Origin: Owenia fusiformis
Lineage: Eukaryota
Length of the DNA: 64,000 nt
Direction of reading: 5' to 3'
Assembly (NCBI GenBank): GCA_903813345.2
Contig: CAIIXF020000001.1
Coordinates: 12,090,001-12,154,000, forward strand
Below, one piece after another: positions 39,600 to 52,889 of the stretch. The notes beneath the pieces are model-generated. The model was not told where the DNA came from. It saw only the letters and a program-made list of their open reading frames with translations, and made no database searches. Numbering within the stretch: position 1 is the first letter of the stretch; every line of letters starts with the position of its first letter. A program made the position numbers and the translations under genes.

Positions 39600-42500
39600 C
39601 AAGTGCACACAGGAAAATATCAAAAAGAAAACAGCAAAAAAGAAAACATCTAAGAGTATACCAATCATAAGGAAAACAAACCCCAAGTATCCCAAATCAT
39701 AATCTAATGTGAACAGAAACTGTCTCATACCCCCTCTGTATCTCCCACCATTCAAATACCAATATCACAATCCAAGATCATAACACCAAGGGACATTTCA
39801 TTCATACGGAAATCATTTAACTATCCTTTGATAATCACAAAACATTTGCCATATCCAATAAATAAGAATGTGTAATGAAAATATAGCTTTGTTAATCACA
39901 TATAAGTTATCAATGAATATTGCACAATTCTTACTTGATATCATTATTAAAGCATTAATAATGTAATACTATCATTATAGTATCTATCAATTACTTATTA
40001 CCTGGTGTAATATAAGTCATTCTTTATGAGCGATCTATATCTCCTGGGAATGCATGTTTTGCATGAAAAACTAATCAAAATGTCTCTATTGATCATTGAG
40101 ACTTCAATAATCCTCTTTGCTTTTTATTTTGTCAGTTTTCATAGTTGATTAGGAGATCTCAAAATTGATTGATTGATTGTTGAAATGAACACCTAGGGAA
40201 ACATTCCATTTCAATAAATAATTTAATTCCATTTCACTAAATAATTTATCATAATCTAACATAAAATAGCCTTTGTATTGTATTGTAAGATTTATAATTA
40301 TTCATCAGAAATATTGATACATTGAGGAAATGTAACCTTTCGTTCTGAGATCTTGTTGTTGAAACCAAACCAGCTGCCATATGTAATCTTGTTGGAAAGC
40401 TTGCTCCATTTAATGCACCTAAGTAATGGCAATTTTAAGGTTCACCTCTTTTTATTATTTTATTAGATCTTTCAGTTTGTCCATTTGCCCATGGTAGAAT
40501 TGATAAAATGTCTTCAAAATTCTATTATCCAATAGGTATGATTGCAGTTTCTTGGTATTATTTAAGTAGAACAGAATTGGTTACCCAAGAAACAGGTAAT
40601 ATACAATCAGCCTATGTAGCTTCGTTCTGATATTAGTATAAGGGGGATGCACATGTACTGTTTATAGATATTCCTGTTATGAAAAATAACAAGATGTATT
40701 GTTTATGTCACATTGTCACATATTGCAAAGGTTAAATATAGATGTATTCTATGTATACTATTTTTCAAATATAAAAAAGGTGTTGATGGAAATTCAATGT
40801 GTTGGGGACAAGAATAAGAAAGAAGTAAACATTGTATGTACTATATGGTTATAAATAAGTGAGAGGACAATAATATTAGGAATCTGTCAGTTCAAATTGA
40901 GCACCCAATGCTTTTTGTCATCCTTTTTATTTCATGATATTAAGGACCTATATTATGATCATAAACATAACTACATGTAGCTTAACATGATTGTTTCAGG
41001 AAATCTAAATTCACATGCAATCTAACTAATTTCCCCCTCTCTTACTGAGGTCTTGCTTAGGACAAGTGATTTATATACCAAATCTCACAAATTTGTTCAT
41101 GGTCCAACTGTAATTTCATGTATGAGCTAACACTGGGCATGCCTGGTCCCTAGAGTCTAAAAATGTTTGATTTTCTTATTAGTATCATTGGCATCCATAG
41201 ACATGGGATATAGATATATAACCTATTAAAGAGCCCTATCCTATCAATCTGGTAGTTGAACTGAAGTATTTTTGTTGTTAGATTGTATATGCTTGCAGTG
41301 TTATTGAATCATATTCCAAAATTGTTTCGATTTCTTTCTAGTTTGTCTTTGTTCTGTAAAGTTGGCCCTTGCCATATTGATTCCCATTCTTGAATTTGAC
41401 CAATGCTGGTTGCTTTCGTGTATCATGGGAGTTTGTTAAGGTTTCAAAAATAAATCAAACCAAACGTCATAAAATCAATATTCAAACAAAAAGGCTATGT
41501 GTTGCTCTCATAACGAAACACATAGAAACAAAGATAAATCAGTTATATCGATATCACTTGAGATTCAAAACTTAATTTGTCTGAGCCATATTCCAACACC
41601 CCAAAGAGAAATAAAGTTTTGACATCAATTTATATCCCTAGTATTTCTTTAAGATCCCAGAATCCAGATTCTAATCAGTTTTCCATTTTATTTGGCCATC
41701 CATTTTTGACCTTGAGTACTCATTTTGAATATATAATAAATGTAGGACCTTGAATTCGATTTGTGAATTAAGTCCTTATAAACTAAAGAACTAAAGTAAA
41801 TGGATGTCCTTTGTTTTTTAGTTATTTGATGACAGCAAGCTCTGTCTTACATTTTCTTCAATGAATCTAACTGGTTGTTTAATCACACAAGATTAGATTT
41901 TCCTGAAAACATCCAATTTCCAGCTTTCATTATTCAATAAACATTAGTAATACAGACCTGATCGTATGTCAGTCAATGCTAGAAGAGCCATTGTTCATCC
42001 TTGATTAGCATCTTGTATTTTGGCTAAGTATAGTTCTAATATAAAGGAAATTGTACCTTCTATATATTCTTCTATTCTGTACGGGAAAACAAGGTATGGA
42101 AATTCTACACTCTTATTAATTAATGTTGAATGATGCTTATCTCGTTAGAGGATGCAGTGATCAGAAAAGACAGGATCTATCTGTAATTGGCTTTTGTTTT
42201 CTAAGGGTTCTCTTTCTGTCTTCTAATCAGAGGACCAGATTAACATACCCACATAACAACTTCTTTTGTTGGTATTGTTCATGATAATGGTAAGTATTCT
42301 TTTGTCTATCACTTATTACAATCACTGGAATTGATCGAGCAATGGTTTGATGGTCATCAACTATCTCCATCAAGGTACTTGATGCTAGTACTGTATAATG
42401 AGGATGTACAAAAGAGAATCCCAATATGTGTGTATAATTAACGAATATAACTTCAATGTGACTTTTACAGATTAAGTTTTTTATATTTTCTATAGTATTG

Positions 42501-43120
42501 ATAACATTATTGCATCGAAATGAATAGAGCTATATATTGAGTCAACAGCCTAACAAAAGGGAGAAGAGTATTTGCTAACCATTTTCAGATCAATATGTTG
42601 CTTTGAGATCTACTTGACTTTTATTGTTTTACTGAAAGGTAAGGCATTTCTCAAAATCCATAAGGTACTCAGGTAAAGTTTGTTATAAGAACGGTGGCGA
42701 TATCTTAAAGGTTTGTTTATGAAGCATATTGATTTGTTTGACATAAATATCTCCCCTTAATTGTTATTCAATATCAATTGTTGTCTGAAGGATGGCATAA
42801 ATATTTGGTGAGGTATTGAATGAATTTTCAAACAAATATGATATTATGCATTTATTGATATTTTGAAAGAATCCCTTCATGGTCTTACATCAATAATTGG
42901 TATGGTTAATTTAGTCTAAGCATACCAATCGTCAGGTTCTGTTGTGATACCATCACACCATATAGAAATCTGATCAATTTCTGGTTCATTTGTTAGATCT
43001 GCCAGATCAACTATTTTTTCCATGTATTCTCCTTGATATTTTATCTTTAGTTGGGTCTTCATAATTAATGGCCTATTTGACACTATATTTGCACTGATCA
43101 GGGACATTAATATATATAAT
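39600..43120 (-). pseudogene. Decayed long intronless multi-Ig type I membrane-protein gene (one or two ORFs)
   Basis: Long frames with sporadic stops; LSKTSVREGEIS*IAC (core 41013-41048); C-terminal hydrophobic segment at ~39660-39750 paralogous to 44556-44644. Confidence 0.45.
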
Positions 43121-44449
43121 TATTATCCTGATAATCTTTATTACAAGAATTATGTACACTTGTAAAATGAATTGATTCTTCCGTTTCATTCTGAAGTGTA
43201 ATTAATAAAATGTCTACTCTCACACCAATACGCTCAGATTGAAACATCATAAAGTGATTTTTCTAAGGCAACAACCCTGGTATATGTCAGGTTTGATAGG
43301 AGTTTATTGCATATGGAAGAAGAAGGCATGTCACAAATATTTCAAAATTGACGAGATGGTGGTCTGTACTTTGCCAGTATTTAATAGAAATTGCATGTGA
43401 TCAATCACCCAAATCCTTTCCTAATTTATCTCATAATTTCAAACATACCCCGAGTTTCTAGGAGTTTATATGATTATAACATACCAGTATCTTCACCTTT
43501 TGGGATCTATATCATGTTCTCTCCCTTGGAGTACAGGTTTGGTTGATTCCTATTATATATGCAATGAATGACACATAATTATGATTTCAGGGTATTTCGC
43601 ATATATCTACATACATATATACATTCATATGTATTGTAGGAAAAATGCAAATATTTAGTGACTAAAATGAATCGTTTTGATCTCACACACAAAGGATGTC
43701 CGAGATGAATATTTATTGAATATTATAGTCAACAATTTTTTCCTTATTGGTTTGTGCTTCCTTTAGCCTTGCTATATTTCAACCTAAAAGCATCATATCA
43801 AGAGTGTATTCATTGATCTTTTCTCTACATATAATATCGCTTACATTTGATGTGATAGCACTATTATCAAATGCTCTTCGTTTATTGGTAAATACCTGTA
43901 TATACTGCAATACCTGCAGGGATCTTGCATAGCTTTATTCTTTGTCATGTATTATAAATGTCTATTGTGATGCTATTTCAGCCAGAAGCATGTAACTAAC
44001 ATTTAGACAATGAGTTCATTGTTAAAATAAAATCATTTTTTGCGTGCAGGGCCCTAGAATTTGCATGCTTGCCATAGTATGTTTGCGATATCAATATCCT
44101 AAGTATCTGTTCTTTTATTGTGTAACAATCGAGTCTGTCTGTATGTCTGTTGACAGTAACTCAGTTTGTTTTATTTTGAATCATTACCAATCTGTAGAAA
44201 GCCCAGTTATATTATTTTTATATATTGATTTGATAGAATTTTCTTTTGTTGTCTTTCCAGTGAAAAATATAGAATACCTGCATTAAAACTGAATACCTGC
44301 TTTAAAACTGAATACAATCTTATCAAATGGTATCACAAAATCTGCTTGCAATGGTCAGGATTGATGTTTATTGTAACACACCTATCTTTACCCTTATGCT
44401 TTTAATGTGTACCACTTGTTAACTATGACATGTATGAATGGGGTAAGAA

Positions 44450-46330
44450 TTAGGAAGAAGGTAGACCTTGTGATCTAGTTTTGGCCAACTCTAATTTTGT
44501 AGTATTTTGACAATTGTCATTAAACCTGCTTATTTTATACCTTATCCAGAGTGGACCAGTTATAAGAAAAACAACCCCAACTATCCCAACCATGATCTTA
44601 CGTGAAAAGAAACAATGTCTGATACCTCCCTCCCCCTCCCATTTAATAATGATAAGATATATATCTTTTATTGACTGTTCAATATACAAGTTCTATTCAA
44701 AGCTCTCATCATATGAGCTGAGCTCAAGTTCAAAACAATTCTGTAACAATTTCCAGGGTTGATAATGTGACATAGTGATTTTCAGTAGAATAATTGAAAT
44801 ATATTGAGCAATTGATATTAATATCTGTCAAATGCTCGTGGCTTATGTCTATTGTATTAGTCTTCGATTTTATGTCTCTGTGTAGATTAAAAGAATGTTT
44901 CGTTTAAATGATCATTATATTTTTCTTGTTATCTTTAGGAGGAAAAATCTGAATATAATGGTGAAATGATGTTTGATTTGAACTATATGTGTTCATACAT
45001 GCTACATGTACTGATTACTAAATTTTGAATTGAGATATTATTCATGTATATCATTCTAAAGAATCAATCTTTTTTGATCATGGTGATTCATTCTAATCCT
45101 ATCAACTGTAAAAACATCTTAATTTCCCTGTCTTCATTCAGGATAAAAAAATCATCATACTTTACCTGGATAGAGTATTTTGAGCCATGTTTGACAAAAC
45201 GACATGGCTGTCCTATCACACCTGTGTCATCCTTCTTAACATCTTCTTTCCCTGTTTCATTATCCACATTGTCTTTAACATCACATTCATCTCCCATTAG
45301 AGTTGCAGACAATTGTATCAATCCAATTGCTTCAACATTACCTAAGTGCTAATTTGATTCTTTGGTAATTTAAGAAATACTTTATTTGTATTCTCTTCTT
45401 TACACTTTTAGAAAATTGTTCAGGATGATGTGTAAATCTGCTTATTTCGTTGGTTCCAATAAAGTTGTTACAGGAGGATTATTCCCATGTGTTTGTCGTT
45501 CTGAGTGATATATAGTTGATGTGAGGAAAATTAAGTTTGTGAATAGATTCTTAGGTTTGGCCATTCATATTGGTCAAGGTTTCCCCTGGGTGTGCTCAAA
45601 AGAATACATCTCATTCATTAATCCCTTTGTCCTCGTCTAACTTCAAGCATTTAAAAATACTGTATTCCCTTAGATCTGATTGCATGACCAATTAGTGTGC
45701 AATATTTCTTGTACCTTTTCCCCTATTAAACATGTTTGTCATCTATCATTATCTAGTATACCTGTTACAAGTTTACTAAGTTCACCATCAGGTGTATTAT
45801 CTTGTATCTGGTATTATGGCTCATTCCGTAAGAAACCAATTAGCCCTTTTCTACATGCTCATCTTATTCTTCATTGATAATCTCCACATGCTATTCCAAG
45901 TAACACACGTAGTTTCTCAATACTTATGTCTCATTATCTAGTTGAGTATCAATTAAAACACCTGCTACAATCTCAATTTGTATATAGGTTCCATGCACTG
46001 GAAATGAAGAACTCTATTATATTGAATAATCCAAAGTATAAATATTTAATGTTGTTTTGTTCTCACGGAATTAGTTTGTATCAGATGAATGCCTATCATT
46101 GGTTTTAATCCTCCTGAAATTATTCCATAGTGTTATAATTATCAGTCTGTTATTTAAAGTTTCACCAATGGGAGCTTGATTGGTTAATGTGCTGTTAGGA
46201 TGTATGTTCTGTCAGCATAGATTGGCCTCTACGGCACTGGCACCATACTTCAATACTGGACTGCATGTTGTATATGAATCAATAAGTGCAACCAGTAATC
46301 TTGTTAATACATGTAGTATGAATGTATATA
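44450..46330 (-). pseudogene. Decayed intronless type I membrane-protein gene (Ig-like)
   Basis: Signal-like FILHVLTRLLVALIDSYTTC, NKTTLNIYTL..GTY, ECDVKDN..GK..GVIGQP, TM KIMVGIVGVVFLITGPLWI then a short tail. Confidence 0.45.
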
Positions 46331-46390
46331 CACAGTGCTGTGCATCTACATCGAATTTAACTAAAGCATGTAATGGTTCATGTCAAAATA

Positions 46391-47245
46391 ATGAGTAGAA
46401 TGCAAGTCTATTTTGTGTTTTTATATATCTTACATTTTTACCTATGTAATGCCATGGTCACATTTGCTCCAATGTTCAGCACCCGCACCTGGTCAATGGA
46501 TATTTTGTTCAAGATTGCATTCTGTTTTGAACAAAATACTCATCGGTTGGACAACGGTGTTGTGAGATCAGAGGAAATGTGACCACGACATAAGGGAGAT
46601 GTGTTTACATGGTTAGGTAGAAGTCTATACTTGTAATTTGATAATAAATAAAGGGAAACATTTGAACATCTGTTCTAAGTACTACAATGACCAGTTATAA
46701 CTTTGTTAGATATTCATGACAAAAAGTCAAAAAATATGTTTACTATTCTTGCCATTTCTAATCATTTATTTTATCTCACTATTTTTGATAGACTAGTGGC
46801 ACAAGAACTATTATCAGTGCAGTGAAGAATGTCCTGTATAAGTATCAAACTAATAATAATATGACGTAATAGCTTAAAGCACTGCATGGTAACCGTAAAT
46901 TGGTAACCAATTGCATTAAATATTTAGGAGAACTCCAACTCTAATTGGTAGAATCTGTTGGAGAATATCCTCTAGAACATTTTTAGTATTTACCAGTGGG
47001 AAAATGTTGGTTGCTAATAGAACAACCACATGCATTGTTCCCATCATGCTCGCCTTATATTGGAATTGATGTTCATGGTTTAAATTCATGAATAGTATAG
47101 ATTGTTCAGCTCTTTTCTATTCTATTGATGCATTAGTATGTAATCCTACAGGTACCTTATGCATTATCTGTTATTATTCATTACATTGTATGCACTGTAT
47201 ATTATGTTTCATTTTGTCACATATTACCTGACAAGGTTAAATAGA
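46391..47245 (+). pseudogene. Decayed divergently oriented small membrane/secreted protein gene
   Basis: Signal-like MQVYFVFLYILHFYLCNA, hydrophobic C-terminus ALSVIIHYIVCTVYYVSFC, AATAAA at ~47250. Confidence 0.3.
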
Positions 47246-50048
47246 CTTGAATAAACCTATCAATTCATCTTTTGTTCATTGGAAACATGATCACGAGATT
47301 GAGAATGTTTTGTTTTTGTGAAGCACTGTTGCCCTTATAGTTTTTATATTGCAAAATGAAGGTACCCTAAGTTTTTGGTCCTTTTTGGGCTTTTTTAGGA
47401 AATAGTTATTAATTATGGCTATTCATGGTTGATGATATTTCATTGCATTTCAAAGTCATCTTTATTTATTCTCCTGCTCTCATAGGTGATGAAATGATGT
47501 CTGTGCGATATGAACAAAATTTATTATTAAACGCTAAACGATATTTCAAGCAAAACCAAGTCACTTATCTATTTTTCCAAAATGTTTTACCAAAAGATGC
47601 AAAAATATAGTGATGCATTTTATCAAGATGACCATGATATCATTGCATATCATGGTCAAATAACCTTAATAGAGATGATCACAAGTTTTACTTTGTGGAT
47701 ATTTATTTTAAAGTTACATCAACACACTCACCCAATGTGAACATTTGAAACTCTATCAGTTGTGAAACATATGAGAACACAAAAGAAATGTATTCTATGC
47801 AACAATGTGGTTAATTTCGTACAGGTGAGTTGCAGAATGCTGAAGAAAAACTGTGTCAGAAAAACAAACTAACTTGCGGCTAAAATCCTGTCTCAAACAG
47901 AATTTGTTTTGATTAATTCTAACAGCAAACATTTTATGATTCCCCAATGTTATTATATATTGTTTGATAGTAGTCTTACAAAACATAAAAAGGACAAATG
48001 CTGAATTATTTATACTGTGCAATGTTCATGAAGTTCAATTCAAATTGATTGAATTGGTAAATAACCTTCAGGAAATCTGAGTATAGTAGATTGATTTTAC
48101 TATATTGAATACTAGAGAACCACTGTAAGTGCATCTACAATTCTAATATCTTCATTATACAGAGTATGTTTTCACAGGTTTGTGGTCATTGATATTATCT
48201 GTTGCTTGATATGGCTTTTGAAACCCATGAATGCCTCATTGCAAGTAGCTTTTCGAGTACACTTGGCCTTGGCAATGAACTTGAAACTGGTTGCTATTAG
48301 CTTAATAAGCGGATTTCTAATCTGGCAAGTTAAAGCAACCATGTTTTCAACCTTAATGACGATCCTCATTTGTTTTTTTGCATTGCCCTTTGTGATTTGA
48401 TAATACAAATATGAACACTGATGTTTGGCAATTAACTTATTTTAGAATGTCATGATCTACTATTGTAAGTCTCACTGGTTACTCATATCCAAAATTTGTA
48501 TTCATGTCGTTTTATTTAAATAGTCACAAAACATATTACTTTTTCCAGAGGAGATTTATTTTATTTTATGAGATGATGCTACAGGGATTCAAAGCAATAT
48601 GTTTTATTTTATTATTTTGTTCTTGGTATCACTCAGACGTTTCTCACTGAATGATCCTAAAACTAATATGTGGTATTAATCAACCTTATTCCCCCAAAAA
48701 AGAATTCTGCATTGGATTTCTCAGTTTTATCTGTCATGTGTGATGGGAATAAAAAGTGATTTGTCACCATATCACAGACTAGAATTATAACTGTGTAGAT
48801 TTCCGCAGACTTTACTGAGGTAATTTAAGAAGTCTGTGTTCCTTTCATTCAAAGTTGACCATAAGAATATACAAGTTCTTTAAGAAATTATTGTTGTTTC
48901 TGGTGTGACAGATGTATATTAATAACATAACACAAACAAACAACAATATTTAACATATCAAAACCCTTGTAAATCATACTCTTATGAAATGTAGTTGATA
49001 GAATCTAAAAGATATGCTGGTAAAGATTAGTTCACTACAACTATTTCTTATATTGCTTTTCTAAATAATTTACAGTGAAATCTGTTCCTTATCTTGTGAA
49101 AGTTTCATGAAGAAAAAAGCAACAGAACAAAAAATATAGCAAAACTAGCAATACTTATTGAACACCCTGTATCTGAACACCTTTAATCCTATCATTTCTC
49201 AATGTGAACACTTTGTCCCAAATTTGTTATCTTCAATTGACCTGTTAATCCAACCACTTTTAGTTTTACTGTACCAACTACTTTTCTTCCCATATAAGTG
49301 CTTAGTTTGTTGGAGAAAATAACTTGAATCTATAAAGCTGTTCTACTTACTGGATTGTATTCTGGTCATCTCTGTTTTGTTTATTTTATGTATCTAAGTA
49401 TTTGTTCTGTCATATTTTTTGGTCTTGTAAAATGATTTAGTTCATATTATTTGGTCAAGGCTTCATCAATTAGAATTCAGATGATGTACAGTACATCAAA
49501 ATGGTCTGACAGATCAGGCATCTCCCTTGTGTTCTTGGAAATGAAAATTGAGTTTTTCATCATCTCCACGTAAATTTAATTATGATCTTGGATCTTCAGG
49601 GACTTATGACCCCATTTAGTGGTTCGTTTTGATCTTAGATGACATGCTACTATTGGTATGCTTTGATTAACATCTTTGGTGGGAGTATCTTTACAATATG
49701 AAGTTAAGGGACAGACATATTGGGGATGGCACCATTGTAAGAAGCATTTACAATTTTAGTGATTTACTAATAGTCTCTAATATTCTAAATATAATATATT
49801 GTAATTGATTCATGATTTCTTATCAAGTGGTAGGTCATTCAAGATTCATATCCTGGGATTTGTATTATTTTGGGAGTTATTGCTGGTTTGAATTATGGGT
49901 TTTGATTATGGAAGGTAGCAGCCCATATGCTAGTAAGGAAATAGCTTGTGATCCTGTTCAAGAAGTATCTTGTTTACTATTGGGTGGTGTGTAGCATGTA
50001 TTGAAGTTGAACAATTTGGTTTGAAGTATAAGTTTGCATGATTCATGC

Positions 50049-50867
50049 CATCATCCCATATATATATATACAGTCCAAAAATGTAGAGACTCGGCTAAAT
50101 CACTCCAAATTGACAGTGATCGCTATTATCATAAGCTGCTAACTCCCAGATTTCAACCCTTCAGATAACAAGTATCTGAAGGACAGTGTTTATATTGGCC
50201 ACCCACCCTAATACTATTACAGAACTCAAAGCAGCAATCATCGGAAAATAAGACAAATCCCAGAGGTGAATGCATAACAGTGATTAACAACTTTTGCATT
50301 AAGCACCAGAACCTACTGCATTATTTTGAGTATGCTTGAAATTAACATGAGTTCCTCTGAACCACCAACAACCAAAATTAGAGGTAAACCACACTAAAGC
50401 CAAATAAGACATTTTTATCAAAGATAAAAAAAGTCTGGTCCCACTTTTTGCATGGTTCATCCCATCATCCCATATATATAAAGTCAAAAAAATTAGAAGG
50501 ACTCAGCTAAATCAGTCCAAATTGACAGTGATCACTATTATCATAAGCTGCTAACTCCCAGATTTCAACCCTTCATATAACAAGAATCTGAAGGACAGTG
50601 TTTATATTGGCCACCCACCCTAATACTATTACAGAACTCAAAGCAGCAATCATCGGAAATAAGACAAATCCCAGAGGTGAATGGATAATAGTGATTAACA
50701 ACTTTGGCAGACACAATCAAATTTGCATTAAGCACCAGAACCTACTGCATTATTTTGAGCATGCTTGAGATGAACGTGAGTTCCTCTGAACCACCTACCA
50801 AAATTAGAGGTAAACCACACTAAAGCCAAATAAGACATCTTTATCATAGATAGAAAAAGTCTGGTCC
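50049..50867. repeat. ~414-bp diverged tandem duplication
   Basis: CATCATCCCATATATAT...AAGTCTGGTCC at 50049 and 50463, with several substitutions and an indel of ~20 bp. Confidence 0.9.
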
Positions 50868-52747
50868 TAGTTTTTTGTGTCAAATGGGCGTAGCCAGGGG
50901 GGTTGCGTTAGATGTGATCCCATCCCCCCACCCACAAAAAAAAATTTTGTAATGTAAACACAAAATCGCAACCTATTGACAATTGTTGGCCATGCCCCTG
51001 TGTCACCTAGTATGTTTATAAAGTATAACAATAATAAATATATACTTTTACTTCTAATGTACAATTAAGAATAAAAATTGTGATGAAGAATATAAGGTAT
51101 CTCCCTGAATGAATCAGGTTTCTGCCAAAGTAGAGGCACCAGAATTGCTACCTACCTCTTTTATATACTATAGACTCAATTAATAAATAGAACATTTTTG
51201 TACATGTTCATTGTACGTTTTTTCTGCAGCAAACTGTTGCAAAATTGTGAAATAAAAACAAAATCAAAAGATAATACCGGATGAAAGTATAGATTGATGT
51301 CCTATGTTCTATTGTTATAACATCTTTGATCTACTCTGTCTAAACAGTAATATGAAATATAACGGTGACATGTAAAGGCTTTGATGGACGATTGATTAGT
51401 CAGCGAGCAGACATCGATGTCCTGGTCTTGCCCTTGAAAGTAAGACACTTAATATGGGTCTAACAAAATTAATTTCGACATAGATATTGATCTGATCTTT
51501 CTTTCCTGCTGTTTCATGTAAATCTTAGTTCTTTGACTGTTTTCATAAGTCTTCATTTTTGTTACGCCTCTTTTATAGATCTGTGTATTGCAGGTCATTT
51601 TCTCATTTTCTCATGTCTATGGACCAATGATCTTTGGGCTTATATCATTCAAATCTATACAAATTGCCTATCTGTCGACACAAATAGCAGGTTTAATATG
51701 AAAACAGATGTTAGTTATCAAGAATCATGTCAAGCCAGAGAAAACCCCTTCTGTGACTTTCGGTTCAAAAACTTTCCTAATAATATGTCCACCACACTTT
51801 TATCCACAATTTTTCAGTTAAACTTAAGTTTGATTATTGCCTCAATTGGCATACTTCCAGTTCATTAATTAAGAATGATCAAAATAGGGATTATTGGTGT
51901 TACCAACACTAAGTTTGTGCAAATCAAAATTATAGCCACATTTCCAAGTTTCAGTAAGTGAAATCAGTGTTGCAAATACATGGGCTGTTTAGCAATTACA
52001 AATAAGGAAATGTGTATCTGAACACCTGGCTAATCTGAACACCTCCCAAATTGACGATTTTTTTTCCAGTCACATTTTTTTCTCCCATTGACTCCCATGT
52101 TAAAATAAACTTATAGATAAACATATAGATTAAGAAAATGTACCCAATCACCATAACATATCATAATAGACATGTAAGATGTGATATATCATATTTTTCC
52201 CAACATCATGGATATTATTGTTTATTCTAATATACTTGGTCACTTTTGGCATTTTTTCTTTAACCAAATTGGCTTTTCAGTTTTGGTTGGTATTCTTACC
52301 TACTATGCATTGTTCAGAAGGTTAACAGTCCTGAAAAGGGAAGATAAAATGCATTGAAAGTATCAATTCATCAATCCCAGTGTTCTGTTATTGCTTGAAT
52401 TAATTGGCTCATTCCTCATCTCGCCTTATATAGTGAACATTTGGTAAAAATATCAGATCAGCTTCACTTTTGGAAAAGTGATTAATAGAATATTTAACCG
52501 TTTTCGTTCTTTATTTTGAATAGCGAGTATTAGTGGTATGTGTTTTTATGTTTTATTTAAGATTAGAGGGAGTATTTGGGATTTGAATTTGGATTTGATT
52601 TTGTCATTGCTTTTTGTCCTGTCTGTTTCTATGGTTAAAATGTAGTATTTTTTGTGTGTTGAAACTTTACTTCCCTTTATATATAATATAACATATAATA
52701 CCATGTCCATACCCTCTGAATCCACAGCATGGCAATCCAATATTTAA

Positions 52748-52889
52748 AGGCCCCATATAAAGTTTAAACCACTTTGACTTATATTATAGTCTTTAAAATT
52801 GATATGCTTTAATTGTTTGTCATGAAAGTCATGAAAAGTAATATTTGAATGATTAGAGTACTGTATATTTGAAACTTTACATTGGGCCT
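52748..52889. mobile_element. 142-bp Kolobok-like MITE with TTAA flanks
   Basis: TTAA-AGGCCCCATATAAAGTTT...AAACTTTACATTGGGCCT-TTAA. Confidence 0.6.
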
